A stretch of DNA of 61,833 bases, counting the filler, from Nemertoderma westbladi (lineage: Eukaryota > Animalia > Xenacoelomorpha), in the NCBI GenBank assembly GCA_032718475.1. It is 3 parts of 3 records of this genome, joined end to end, with 100 filler letters (N's around TTAATTAATTAA, not from the genome) between each part and the next. Parts side by side here need not be neighbours in the genome. Positions count along the whole stretch, not along the records: positions 34,946 to 61,833 come from JAUCBJ010003829.1; 2 more parts are not named here. One strand, given 5' to 3'. The position numbers and the translations under genes were made by a program. Below, in pieces: positions 35,579 through 47,388 of this stretch. A model generated the notes under the pieces. It did not search any database and had not been told where the DNA came from. It was given only the letters and a program-made list of their open reading frames with translations. How positions within the stretch are numbered: the first letter of the stretch is position 1; each line of letters begins with the position of its first letter.

Positions 35579-38170
35579 ACTTATGGAACTCCTGTTTATT
35601 AATTTGCTTCCTTTGCATATTCAATTGAGCGTTGTTATGGTAATTGGGATTCTTTCGTGTTTTTTTTATTTGCTATGGGGATTTATTCTAATTTGTTTGA
35701 ACTTTTTTTGGTTTGGTTTGCTGTTTTGGTTGCGGCAACAACTGTACTGAGTTACTGCACCACGTGCCAACGAGTGTTTTGTTGTTAATTTACTGACACC
35801 AGTTAGTTTAATTCGAATTTCCGTAGAGTTTTTATTTCTGCAGCCGCTTTGTTTACTGTTTTGATTATGGTGGGTGGTGTTTCTTTATTTGATTTTTGTT
35901 TTTGAGGTTCGTATTGATTATTTAATTGATTATTATAGATTAGCTATTGTGTTGGGTGTATTTTCAGTTTGCGTGTATGTTTTTTTTTATATAGACTTTA
36001 TCTTTAATTATTAACTGTAACGAATTGATTTCAAGTAACTTCGAGAAGCGCAATCCAAAAAAATTAAATAATTTTAATTTAAAAATATTTATAAAAATTT
36101 TAAATATATGATTAAAATATATTTTATAAAAATGAAAAAATATAAAACTAAAAAAACAGGGAGTTTCTTTATTTATAAAGAACAAAGATAATTGTTAGTT
36201 TTTGCTTGTTAGATTAGGGAAAATTGATGTTTCCCCGGGAATAATTTGGGAATCAAGCAACTGATTCAGAAAAAGTAACCGAAGATTATTATTTTTGTAT
36301 AATTATTAGCAACACGTTCTTCCCCTAATAATAATATGACACATTTATAATAAAACAACTATTTTTGTGTACCAATTTAATGTACCAAAATAGAATATCA
36401 TCACCACGAAAATGTTAACAGCCGCTTGTAAGGCCGTTGAAAGAAGATTTAATGTTTATTGTTTGTTTGCTCTTAAGTTTTTATGGTGATTTAATTTATG
36501 TTTTGTATTTTCTGGTGTTATTATATGATTCTTTAATTAGTAAGTAGTCATTAATAATAATAATAATAATAATACTTAACTGTTATTATCACGTTTTTGT
36601 TTTTCTAGGGGGGGGGGGGGGGGTGTAAAATACCTATTATCGGTGGTTTTCTGTGGTTAGCTTAATATATTCAAATACATTTTATAACATAGGCCGATTG
36701 TTTGGCTTTTCATCAACTTTAACAAAGAACCTTTCGTCTGCCTAACAAGTTTTCACCAATGTATGGAAATCTTTTCAAATTGACTCAAATTCAAATGTTC
36801 TTTCATTTAAAGCTTTACTAACTAGATCCAAGACTGAAATCTCCTCTCTTCATTAATCTCTCTTCTTAATTTATTGTCGTGGCAAAATAACGTGTTATGG
36901 GTTCAGACTGGATCCCGAAAACGAAATCAAATTCCGGTCCTGAAACTGACATTTTTGGAACGGGATCCTAAAATATCAATAATGAAGTTAATTTGCGGAA
37001 TATCCACTGAAAAATAGTCGCAGTAGAAGATAAAAATGTATTGATATTGATTGTTTTAATTACCATAAATGTAAAATTACAACAAATAAACATTTGTGTC
37101 AGGTTAAAAGCACATGAGAGTTTAAATTGTGATGACAATAGGATAGCTTCTTGAGGCAAATCCTTAGTGAAGTAACAACCGATTAATTAAAGTTATAAAA
37201 TGTTATGTTAAAAAAATTAATTGTAATGTTAATAAATTGTCCGCGTTTGTTTTCGGTAAGGTAGGCAAAGATGCTCTTTCAGTTTGTGTTTAGGGTAGAG
37301 GTGGATTCACAATAATATTGCGGGGAAGGCCGTCCTAGTGACTTGGTCCAGTGCTCATCGTTGAATAAATAGTCCCCTTTTCCCACAAGGTGTCGTAATT
37401 TTGTTTATCGGCTTTCTGAATGCTTAATTATAATTATTATTAGCTTAAATATTTTATAATGCATATCCCGTGCTGTTGCTGTAACAACTGTAAATAAGAT
37501 AATCTTACATTTATCCTACAATGGCTATGATCAATGGAGAATACTCAAGACGTGTTCTAGAAGTTTATTGTTACTAAGTTAGTGATTATTTGTAGCGTTA
37601 CGAGGATATCAACAGAACGCTGATAAGTTGAAATAATATAACAAAATTTATAACTCAGTAACCCATTAATTAATAAAATAAGAGCGAAAAGATTACACAA
37701 AAGCATAACTTTATTAGGACCATACTACACTGGAAACTAAGGAATCACTGGTATATTTCACTTTGTTAATTAAATAAGTGTGAAATATTTCGAATATATA
37801 AAAATAAGTTTATTTATACCTAAACTTTTATACATAATTACAGACAAGCGGTAAACATTATATATACACCGACCGACATATGTCTGCCCTCCTACCCCAA
37901 TCGTCGTGGCTCGGTGGGAAAATGTTAAGCACATACAATATATTAAAAGCAGTTTCACTAAGTCAGCACCGGATAAGTTTACTAAGTAAATACCGCGATT
38001 AAAAATGATATTTACACCTCAATATTATTCTAAAAACCAAAACAACCTTATAATATTATGCTCGCCGCACCATTATCTGAAATAAGTAGAATGAATCACA
38101 TACGGTTAAGGAATATAAATACTTCGAATCCAATATTGGCTCTTTCTATTTTCTACCTGATGAAGCTAAA

Positions 38171-38764
38171 TTAAAATCCTATTTCTTTCTGCAGAATATT
38201 AATAACTTCCCTATACGCATCTTCAAAGACATCGTTTAAAATAACGTAATCGAAGTTACCGGGGGTCGTACCGTATTCGATTTCCTTAGTAGCGAACTGC
38301 AACCTCGTCTGAACGGCCACGTTGCTCTCTGACTTTCTACCTTCCAGACGCTCTTGAAGTATCTGGAGATTAGGGGGGCGAATGAATATAAATAGAGACA
38401 AAGGTAAAACGTCAGCATGTTGAACATTCCTAACCCCCTGTGTATCTAAGTCCAAAAGGCAGGACTTTCCAGTTTTATGGACTTCTCTAATCGCCAGTTT
38501 ACTAGTTCCATACAAATTCCCGGAGTATTCTGCGTATTCGAGAAACTCATTTTCAGCGATAAGCGACAACATTTTCTCCCTCCCGACGAAGTGGTATTCC
38601 CTTCCGTTAATTTCGTTCTGTCGGGGAGAACGAGTTGTATGGGAAACACAAAACCCAAAGAGTTCGCCGTGCTCCGCCAGTAGTTTACGTATCAGCGTCG
38701 ACTTTCCCGAGCCACTGGGCCCGCAAAATATTACGTTATTCTTCTTTGGCATTGAGGAGTTCAT
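38171..38764 (-). CDS. GUK1: Guanylate kinase, single coding exon
   Basis: P-loop GPSGSGKST, VSHTTRSPR..E.NGREYHFV, FLEYAEYSGNLYGTS and FIFIRPP. Start is ATG 38764 or 38752. Confidence 0.95.
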   Translation of the reverse strand: MNSSMPKKNNVIFCGPSGSGKSTLIRKLLAEHGELFGFCVSHTTRSPRQNEINGREYHFVGREKMLSLIAENEFLEYAEYSGNLYGTSKLAIREVHKTGKSCLLDLDTQGVRNVQHADVLPLSLFIFIRPPNLQILQERLEGRKSESNVAVQTRLQFATKEIEYGTTPGNFDYVILNDVFEDAYREVINILQKEIGF

Positions 38765-40517
38765 CGCATGAAGCGGCAGTTTTGTATTAAAACCTCTTGG
38801 CGTAATACACCCTGAGATTAATCTGTTTAGTATAATATACATTACATCGAAATTGTGCAATACCGGTAGTTAGTGCTCTAGTACAAGTTAAATAGGCCTA
38901 CCGGTACTTGCTATTTCAGTATTTAAAACAGTTAGCGTTGTATTGACGTACCGGAGCCGGTAGGCGGAAGCCTATTTATTTATTATTATATAGGCCTACT
39001 GTGCAATGGAAACGCTAATGGAGTAGATGTACATTGTCTGATTGTACGCGAGTGGCGAGTGTAACAGGCTGACAGTAGTATTAGTGGACCGGATCACTCT
39101 CACTCTTACAGCGGCCGACTTATGAACTATAGAAGTTTTGACTTGCAGTCAATGTGCGCAACTATCTTACTTTAAGGTCACGTGGATTGCAACGCCGTGA
39201 CACTGCGTAGTCACGCAGTGTCGTGAAACTTCGCATAGGCCTACAGTCAGTCAGTATGTCCGTCCGCGGTCCGGTAGGCTCAAATGTTTCAAAAGTAATA
39301 CTATTTAGTATAGATAGATACTCACCCAAGCGGGGTACCATGACTTCCATATGACGTCATATATTATGTCTAGACGGATACACTTTTTAGCCGACCTCAC
39401 TTCACTGCATAAGATATTTTGGTGCCATGTCACTTTTTGGTCGACCAACACCAAAAAGTCGACGTTGTGATCGACAAAAAAGTCGCTTTAAAAATTAAAG
39501 AAATACGAAGTAATAAGTGGCACAATTCAGCCACAGTAAATTGGATATTGAGTTCTCTTTTGGACATTGGAGTACGCCAGACAGACACTAAAGTTGTAAT
39601 AACTTTTGAGTGTGTGAATGGATTTTGCTCAAATGACTTTGCAAAGCTTTTCCACAGTACTTCGACGCTCTTTCACCACATGTAATACAATTTAATAAAT
39701 TCCCCTGAAAATATTTTATTTTACTTTTTTAGCCGAGGAAAAGTAAAATCAATGAAATCCCATGGGTCAGTGGGTTACGTTTTCCCTGGGGAAAAAAGTA
39801 CTACTTTTTCTCGCAATTTTGTGGTATTGTAGAACGAAAAAAGTAACAATTTAAGAATAAAATGGTTTTTATATTTATAGCAAATTGTACCGTCAGTAAT
39901 AATAATACGTAACTCATTTAGTACAGTATAAACAGATGTGATTGTAAAAATGTAATTTGTACTGTTTTGTAATAGGACAATCGGTAAAAAGTGAAACATT
40001 TCTAAATAAAGAATCGATTGCATCAGATACAGACACCGATATATTCGCATCATACTGTATTATAGCTATATGCAATACCAACGGCAGTATGGAAATCGGT
40101 AAAGTGAAACATTTTCTGAAGATAGTCTGATAGTGTGTCTGATTGGTACATTACATACTGTAGGTACAGCTACAACTACAGCAGTAAATGTAATGCTACT
40201 TGCTTAGCTTGATTCTGCAATTATACTTTACAGTACATTGCAGTAGGTCTAGTTCTTGGGGTTAGGTGTGTGTGGTCATACTGTATGTAGGGAATGTTGC
40301 ATTAATACACATTAATTAAGATAACATTAGGGTTACCGTCGCAGTGGCGGTGGGTAGACGTAGAAGCCCATTATGCCTTAAGTAGCCCTTAAATTGTAAT
40401 TAAATTTTGATATTGTAGTTTTTAGAAGAATGCGAACCTAATCTAAAGTATCGCCCGTTTGGGCAAAAAATAAATAAAACTTCTTATAATTAATTATATT
40501 ACTGTAGGCCTATTATA

Positions 40518-41450
40518 CACCATGTCCTGGAATGTAGTGTCGTTATTCAGGTACCCCCCCCCCCCCCCCCCCCCCTCCCCCCCCCAAAAAAATTTTTTTT
40601 TCTACAAATGAGATTGCATGAAATTTGAAACAGAGATAGTTTCATCTCCCTCCTCCTTACTGGGTGAGCCAGAATTTTTATTTTTGCTTTCATTCTTTAG
40701 CTACAAGCGTTTGAAAAAGGTGTCTCCGTCGATATTGCACCAGTTACACCGCAGTTATTCTTCAAACATTTAGTGATTTGTTGGTACTAGTGGAAAGCTG
40801 ACCGGGCAAGGATTCCAAATATGTAAAAATATGTGAATTTGGTTGGGAAATAGCTGATATATGGGCATTCGAATTTTGCATGTATTTGATTCTGCTGCAG
40901 GCCCATTTATTCTATTAATAAATACACAATGTTCTAGAACATTTTGTTTATCTCATAAGTAGCTTGGAAACAATGCAATGCCTACATGATAATACTAGTA
41001 CATGGATATACGTAATCAAAATGTTCTAGAACATTGTGTATTAATTTAATAGAATAAATGGCCTGCAGCGGAAGCTACATGCAAAATTCGAATGCCCATA
41101 TCTCATCTATTTCCCAACCAAATTCATATATTTTTACATATTTGGAATCCTTGTACGGTCAGCTTTTCACTAGTACCAACAAATCACTAAATGTTTGAAG
41201 AATAACTGCGGTGTTGTAACTGGTGCAATATCGACGGGGACACCCGTTTCAAACGCTTGTAGCTAAAGAATGAAAGTGAAAATAAAAATTCTGGCTCACC
41301 CAGCAAGGAGGACTGGAGGAGGGAGGTGAAACTATCTCTGTTTCAAATTTCATGCAATCTCATTAAGATTTGTAGAAAAATTTGGGGGTGGGGGGGGGGG
41401 GGGGGGGGGGCAGGTACATGAATAACGACACTATATTCCAGGACATGGAT
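40518..41450. mobile_element. ~930 bp fold-back (almost wholly palindromic) MITE, Tc1/mariner-like ends
   Basis: TA|CACCATGTCCTGGAAT.TAGTGTCGTTATTCA... and its reverse complement at 41418-41448. Arms pair over more than 400 bp around a centre near 40980. Confidence 0.88.
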
Positions 41451-41792
41451 ATAAGTGATTACATTAAGAAGTTTTTCGTCTAAAAGTTGTAATACGAAGC
41501 TCTTAATCAGGACTTGTGCTGTGATTGGCTTTTAGCTTTTACACTAATTGGTTTACAAAATAAATCTTTGCGGTTTAATTCTCATATCATTAACATGTTT
41601 ATGCTGTTGCAGTTTGTGAACACATGGTGTGTTGTATGATGACCTTGCGTTGCGTTTCTTATGGTGTTGTCAATAATCAATAATTATTATTAATCTTTCT
41701 AGATAGATTAACAACAGTGTAACGGTCCGGTACCTAAATACAGTAGCTACTGGGGACTGGGCTATACTAGTAGACCGTTAGCCTAAATAATA

Positions 41793-44702
41793 ATGAGATT
41801 ACTTCGTTTTGTTACTCAAACTCCACCCCGTTTATTACCGGTACCTCGGGGGCAGTGCGGGACCCTGAGACTTCCATGGCGGTTAGTACCTGTACAAAAA
41901 GTCTCTTTAACATCCAAATATTCTACCGCAATTAATGGCCTGGTGCCTTCGACAATCGTTCTGTATAAGAAACTCATTTCCAATCCTTTAACGGCGATAA
42001 ACCTTAGCAACAGATACCCATATAGACTTTACTCAGATGACGGGAAAAGCAATAACAATAGCGATCCATTTGAAGGGGGTGAAGATGGTGACGACGGTGA
42101 GGCCAATGATGATGGGGATGATGAAGGATTTAGCGACGATCTACCTCCCCCTAGTAACGGAGCAAATAATCCCCCTAACTCCCGGATGCCAGTTGAATTA
42201 GACGAGGGATCCCGACTGCTGACTCCCCTCTCAATCCCCGAGAACTTCCCCAACGTGCCTCTCATCCCGATCTCCAGACACCCCCTGTTCCCGCACTTTA
42301 ACAAACAGATCGAGGTGACCGATAAGACCCTATGCGAGCTGTTGCGACGTAAGGTCCGTCTGCGACAACCGTACGCCGCGCTCTTCCTTCGCACTGACGA
42401 CGGCGTGGGGGAGTTGGTTACCGAGTTGGACGAGGTACACCCGGTAGGAACCTTCGTACACATACAGACGATGCAGGACTTGGGCGATCGATTGCGTATG
42501 ATAGTTACGGGGCACCGTAGAATCCGTATTAACTCACCACTGGAAGCCGCTGATGTAGATAAAATGACCTTCGATCCAGGGCATGAAGACGAACTTCCCA
42601 TCTCTCTAATATGGAAGGAAATCGAAACTGAAAGTTCTTTTCCAGTAGTTATGGTTAACACTACCAATGTCAAACACGAGGCTTTCGAACACACTGATTT
42701 AGAATTAAAGGCTTTAACAGCGGAGGTTATTAAAACTATCAGGGATATAATATCTTTGAACCCATTATACCGCGACTCTCTTGTCTATATGATGGACCCC
42801 AACCTCAGGGTGGGCGACAACCCGGTATATCTGGGCGATCTGGGCGCCGCCCTCACATCGGCGTCGTCGGCTGAGCAGCAGGAAGTTCTGGAGGAGTTGG
42901 ATATTAAGAGTCGTCTTCGGTTGAGTTTACATCTATTAAAGAAAGAGTATGAGTTAGGTAAGTTGCAGAAACATCTTGGCAAAGAAGTGGAGGAGAAAGT
43001 TAAACAGGCGCATCGTAAGTACATGTTGCAGGAGCAGTTGAGGATAATAAAACGTGAGTTAGGTCTAGAGAAGGATGATAAAGATGCCATACACGATAAG
43101 TTTAAGGATAGGTTGAAGGAGTTGGTTGTTCCTGAGTACGTTATGGAGGTTATTGATGAGGAGTTGAGTAAGTTAGGTTACCTAGATAACCATTCTTCGG
43201 AGTTCAATGTGACTCGTAACTATCTGGATTGGTTGACTCAGTTGCCATGGGGTAAGTACTCGCCGGACAACCTGGACATCGGGCGGGCTCGTAGGATTCT
43301 AGAGGAGGATCACTACGGGATGGACGATGTTAAAGAGCGAGTTTTAGAGTTTATAGCTGTTAGTCAGTTGAGGGGGTCCACCCAGGGGAAGATACTGTGT
43401 TTCTACGGCGCCCCGGGGGTCGGTAAGACTTCTATAGCGCGGTCTATAGCGCGCGCTTTGAGTCGGGAGTATTTTAGGTTCTCTGTCGGAGGGATGACTG
43501 ATGTAGCCGAGATTAAGGGACATAGACGCACTTACGTAGGGGCGATGCCCGGAAAGATAATACAGTGTTTAAAGAAGTTGAAAACCTCCAATCCGTTGGT
43601 TTTGATAGACGAAGTTGATAAGATCGGGAAGGGTTACCAAGGCGATCCGGCTTCAGCTCTTCTAGAATTACTGGATCCAGAACAGAACGCCAACTTCCTC
43701 GACCATTACCTGGACGTCGCTGTCGATGTCTCTAAGGTCTTGTTTATCTGTACGGCTAACGTAACGGAGACGATACCGGAGCCGTTACGAGACCGAATGG
43801 AGATGATTGACGTTTCCGGGTACGTGGCAGAGGAGAAGCTGGCTATAGCCGAGCGGTACCTCGTACCGCAGGCGCGGTTGGACTGCGGTATAGCCGAGGG
43901 CCGAGTCCAGCTGTCCAACGCGGCCGTAAGTCGGTTGATCAAACAGTATTGCAGAGAGAGCGGCGTGCGAAACCTCCAGAAACACATCGAGAAAGTTCTA
44001 AGGAAAGCCGCGTTTAAGTTGGTTGATAACCCCGATTTGGAATCACTTGTAGTAGACGAAGATAACCTGGTGGAGTTGGTTGGGAAACCTTTGTTTACTA
44101 GTGAGCGGATGTACGCGGACACGCCTCCAGGGGTCGTTATGGGGTTGGCTTGGACTGCGATGGGCGGGTCGACTCTATACGTTGAGTCGACGTTGAAACA
44201 CTCGGCGTCGTCTACCGAGACTACCGGCTCGTTGGAGTTGACCGGTCGTCTGGGCGACGTTATGAAGGAGTCCGCGCACATCGCCTACACGTACGCTCGC
44301 TCTTTCCTCGCGGGGGTCCAACCGGACAACGCGACGCTAAGGGGCGCCCCCATCCACGTTCACGTACCGGAAGGGGCGACCCCCAAGGACGGGCCCAGCG
44401 CCGGGGTCACCATAGTGACGGCGCTGTTGTCGTTGGCTACGGGGGTCGCGGTCCCCGGCGACTTGGCTATGACCGGTGAAGTCTCCCTCACCGGGAAGGT
44501 GCTACCGGTGGGCGGGATTAAAGAGAAGGTAATCGCGGCTAAACGCGCCGGTGTAACGCGGATTATAATTCCCGCGGAGAACCGCAAGGATTACGGTGAT
44601 CTAGCTGAGTTCATCACCAGCGGTGTTCAGGTACATTTCTGTTCTCATTATTCCGAATTCTTCCCGGTTATCTTTCCATCGCTTTTTACGACCTCATCTT
44701 AA
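41793..44702 (+). CDS. LONP1: Mitochondrial Lon protease, single coding exon
   Basis: Basic N-terminal presequence, Lon N-domain, Walker A GAPGVGKT, Walker B VLIDEVD, catalytic Ser in PKDGPSAG and Lys in GGIKEK. AATAAA at ~44828. Confidence 0.97.
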   Translation: MRLLRFVTQTPPRLLPVPRGQCGTLRLPWRLVPVQKVSLTSKYSTAINGLVPSTIVLYKKLISNPLTAINLSNRYPYRLYSDDGKSNNNSDPFEGGEDGDDGEANDDGDDEGFSDDLPPPSNGANNPPNSRMPVELDEGSRLLTPLSIPENFPNVPLIPISRHPLFPHFNKQIEVTDKTLCELLRRKVRLRQPYAALFLRTDDGVGELVTELDEVHPVGTFVHIQTMQDLGDRLRMIVTGHRRIRINSPLEAADVDKMTFDPGHEDELPISLIWKEIETESSFPVVMVNTTNVKHEAFEHTDLELKALTAEVIKTIRDIISLNPLYRDSLVYMMDPNLRVGDNPVYLGDLGAALTSASSAEQQEVLEELDIKSRLRLSLHLLKKEYELGKLQKHLGKEVEEKVKQAHRKYMLQEQLRIIKRELGLEKDDKDAIHDKFKDRLKELVVPEYVMEVIDEELSKLGYLDNHSSEFNVTRNYLDWLTQLPWGKYSPDNLDIGRARRILEEDHYGMDDVKERVLEFIAVSQLRGSTQGKILCFYGAPGVGKTSIARSIARALSREYFRFSVGGMTDVAEIKGHRRTYVGAMPGKIIQCLKKLKTSNPLVLIDEVDKIGKGYQGDPASALLELLDPEQNANFLDHYLDVAVDVSKVLFICTANVTETIPEPLRDRMEMIDVSGYVAEEKLAIAERYLVPQARLDCGIAEGRVQLSNAAVSRLIKQYCRESGVRNLQKHIEKVLRKAAFKLVDNPDLESLVVDEDNLVELVGKPLFTSERMYADTPPGVVMGLAWTAMGGSTLYVESTLKHSASSTETTGSLELTGRLGDVMKESAHIAYTYARSFLAGVQPDNATLRGAPIHVHVPEGATPKDGPSAGVTIVTALLSLATGVAVPGDLAMTGEVSLTGKVLPVGGIKEKVIAAKRAGVTRIIIPAENRKDYGDLAEFITSGVQVHFCSHYSEFFPVIFPSLFTTSS

Positions 44703-45529
44703 TATTATATTATCTGCAGTCGATTATGTGTAGCTATTAATGTTATATGGATTCGTTCGTTTTTTTTTGTATTACACAAACTTATGGTAAAGATGATGCG
44801 CCTTTTATTTAGTAAAATTAAAGTTTAAATAAAATATAAATTGAAATGAGTGTCTTTTCTATAATTGTGGTTTAGCTGGTTGATAATTTAAAGTTACGGC
44901 GACATTTTAATTTGGAAACATTTATTAACCTAGTCTCTATTATATTTCTGCTGAAATTATTATAACTATCTTTTCATATACAAGATCGGCCGCTCTATGG
45001 TGCAATGCGGTAGACCCAGAAACAATGCCGCCAAAATGTATAATGAGTGCCTTCAAATTGGCTGGTAAAAAAATAAAGTAAAAAGTATAATTATTTATTT
45101 CTTGGTAAAAATGTATAACTTTATTTCATTATTATCGTGGATTCTATTTACCGAACGCCAGCGAGGTTAATAAAGGGTCGAGCGAGAGAATATTGAAGAA
45201 ATATATTCTACGGTTTTTCCCCTATCCTTAATACATAAATAACCTTAAATTGGTACTTTTTTGTTGCTCAATTCTTTAATAAAAGATAGAACGATATAGT
45301 GTTACAAAATAAATGGAACTGTCGGTGGTATTTTACTATATTGCTTCCATAGTTACTGCAATTCAAATTACTGAACTCTTCAACTCCCGATGCTGCCTTA
45401 CTCAATGTTAAATAATTTAGTGTTCTAGAATATTTATTACTTGAATTATTTATTTTTTGGTCAGTGACAGTGTTTCTAAGCAAAACTATAAACTAATTTT
45501 CATTTGCTCTCTCTCGTGAATACCCCTCA

Positions 45530-45672
45530 TCCCCCCCCCCCCCACCCCACCCCACCCCACCCCACCCCACCCCACCCCACCCCACCCCACCCCACCCCAC
45601 CCCACCCCACCCCACCCCACCCCACCCCACCCCACCCCACCCACCCCACCCCACCCCACCCTCCCCCTCCCC
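45530..45672. repeat. (CCCCA)n microsatellite; G-quadruplex-prone on the minus strand
   Basis: More than 20 tandem CCCCA units. Confidence 0.95.
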
Positions 45673-45775
45673 GTTGCTATGTTTAAGACCCCCTAAAGTA
45701 CAAGCGCAACCATTTGGTGAAATCTGCCCAAATTGTTAATAATGTCCCATATATGTACTAAACATCTATGTAGGG

Positions 45776-45856
45776 TAGCTGAGTCATATATAAAATTCCT
45801 ACGGGGTCATAGGTCCAGCCTATGACCCCGTAGGAATTTTATATATGACTCAGCTA
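45776..45856. repeat. Perfect 38 bp inverted repeat with 5 nt loop
   Basis: TAGCTGAGTCATATATAAAATTCCTACGGGGTCATAGG-TCCAG-exact reverse complement. Confidence 0.92.
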
Positions 45857-46846
45857 TTATAGATATTATTAGTAGTATGATATTATTATATAGTATTATA
45901 GTGTATATTACCCCGAAAAACCAGGTTTATACGGATATAATAATACTGGTTTGTTGCCCCAGCAAGGTGTAAACAAAAAGCGAAAATTAACAATAAGCTG
46001 TAGTATTTAATTAATGATAGGAATTGCTTATGTACTCCTACCTAGCAGTCAGAAAACAATTACAATTGATTAACGAGTTGTCTGACGTCGTAAATTTTTG
46101 ATCACTTATAACTCTGTCATTCCTCAATGAATTTAAACCAAACTTGGTACGTATATAGTCCCGTCAAAAGTTTAGAAAGAATCTCACAAAATAGCGATTT
46201 GGTCAAAAACAAAGGTTTGCTCAAAAGCGAACGAACGCAACAAGTTTTGCAGTGGATACGAGTATCCATCTGAAATAAATCACCAGTTACTCCCACAGTT
46301 ACGAGGCTTCGCATAGTCATAAAGGTCATCAGTCTGCGTTTAGGAAAAATATTACGAGCACAACGAGGCTAATGAAGGAAGCTAGCATATTGGACAATTT
46401 TGTTTAGTACTGATAATGGAATAGGTATATATCTGGTGATCAGGTTTTGCAGGACGAACGCAACGAGTTTAACAGTGGATACTAGTATCACCTGCCATAA
46501 ATTAGCAGTTGCTCGCTCGCACAGTTTCAGGACTCTGCATAGTTAGAAAGGTCGTCGGTCTGCGTTTAGGAAACATTTTTTGAGACAAAACAGGACGAGC
46601 GCAACGAGACTAATGAAGGAGATTGTAAAACTAAAAATGTCATACTTAACTTAAATCTCCCTAGGTAGTAGCTTTACAAACAGTTAAAGCGTGTAAGGGC
46701 AAACTGAAATGGATCTCTGTTTTTACAACCAGTTTAACGGAAACTGAAAGCATCACTCATTGATATTTTGGGAAAGACGGTTTTCGTATATCTAATAGAG
46801 ATTAGTACACTTTCTTATATAGGCTCTCGTGCTGCTTATAGAACCA

Positions 46847-47167
46847 CAGGGTTGCCACTCACCTGGAATAGTCATAGAATTTCATTTTTTCTTGAAATGT
46901 CGGAATTCTTATAAAAATTGGATAAATCAGGGTAAAGTCCGGGAATGTGATATGAAATGTGTCATAAGCGAAAATGTGTAAAAAAATTTGCTCGCTTCAC
47001 TCGCTGTTCAATTTCCTCACTCTCACATCACTAAATATAGATATATAAAGGTCAAAATTGTTAAAGTAAGTTTATTCAAGTAAGTAATTGTTCATATATA
47101 AACTTCAGTCAGGAAATCTTTTCAAAAAGTCATGGAAAATTTAAACTGAAATTGAGTGGCAACCCTG
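46847..47167. mobile_element. hAT-like MITE with 5 bp TSD
   Basis: Perfect 15 bp TIRs CAGGGTTGCCACTCA / TGAGTGGCAACCCTG, flanked by AACCA on both sides. Confidence 0.85.
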
Positions 47168-47388
47168 AACCAACTGTCATATTCATCCGAAAAGAGTGAT
47201 CCACGTTACGTGCTTAATAGTTTAATTAATTAATTAGTATAATTAGCTTAATTAGAAAGGATACATACAGTCAGACTTTTATAGTTCCTCTATCTGCCGC
47301 TAGGAGGCGAATTGTAAGAAACGTAGAAGTAGCTGTAATTATAGTACCAACCATCAGATCTGTTACTTCGTATGAGTGTAGTGTCCTA

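Noticed and set aside
45504-45686. Pro/His-rich extensin-like ORF
   Set aside because: Translation of the (CCCCA)n microsatellite.
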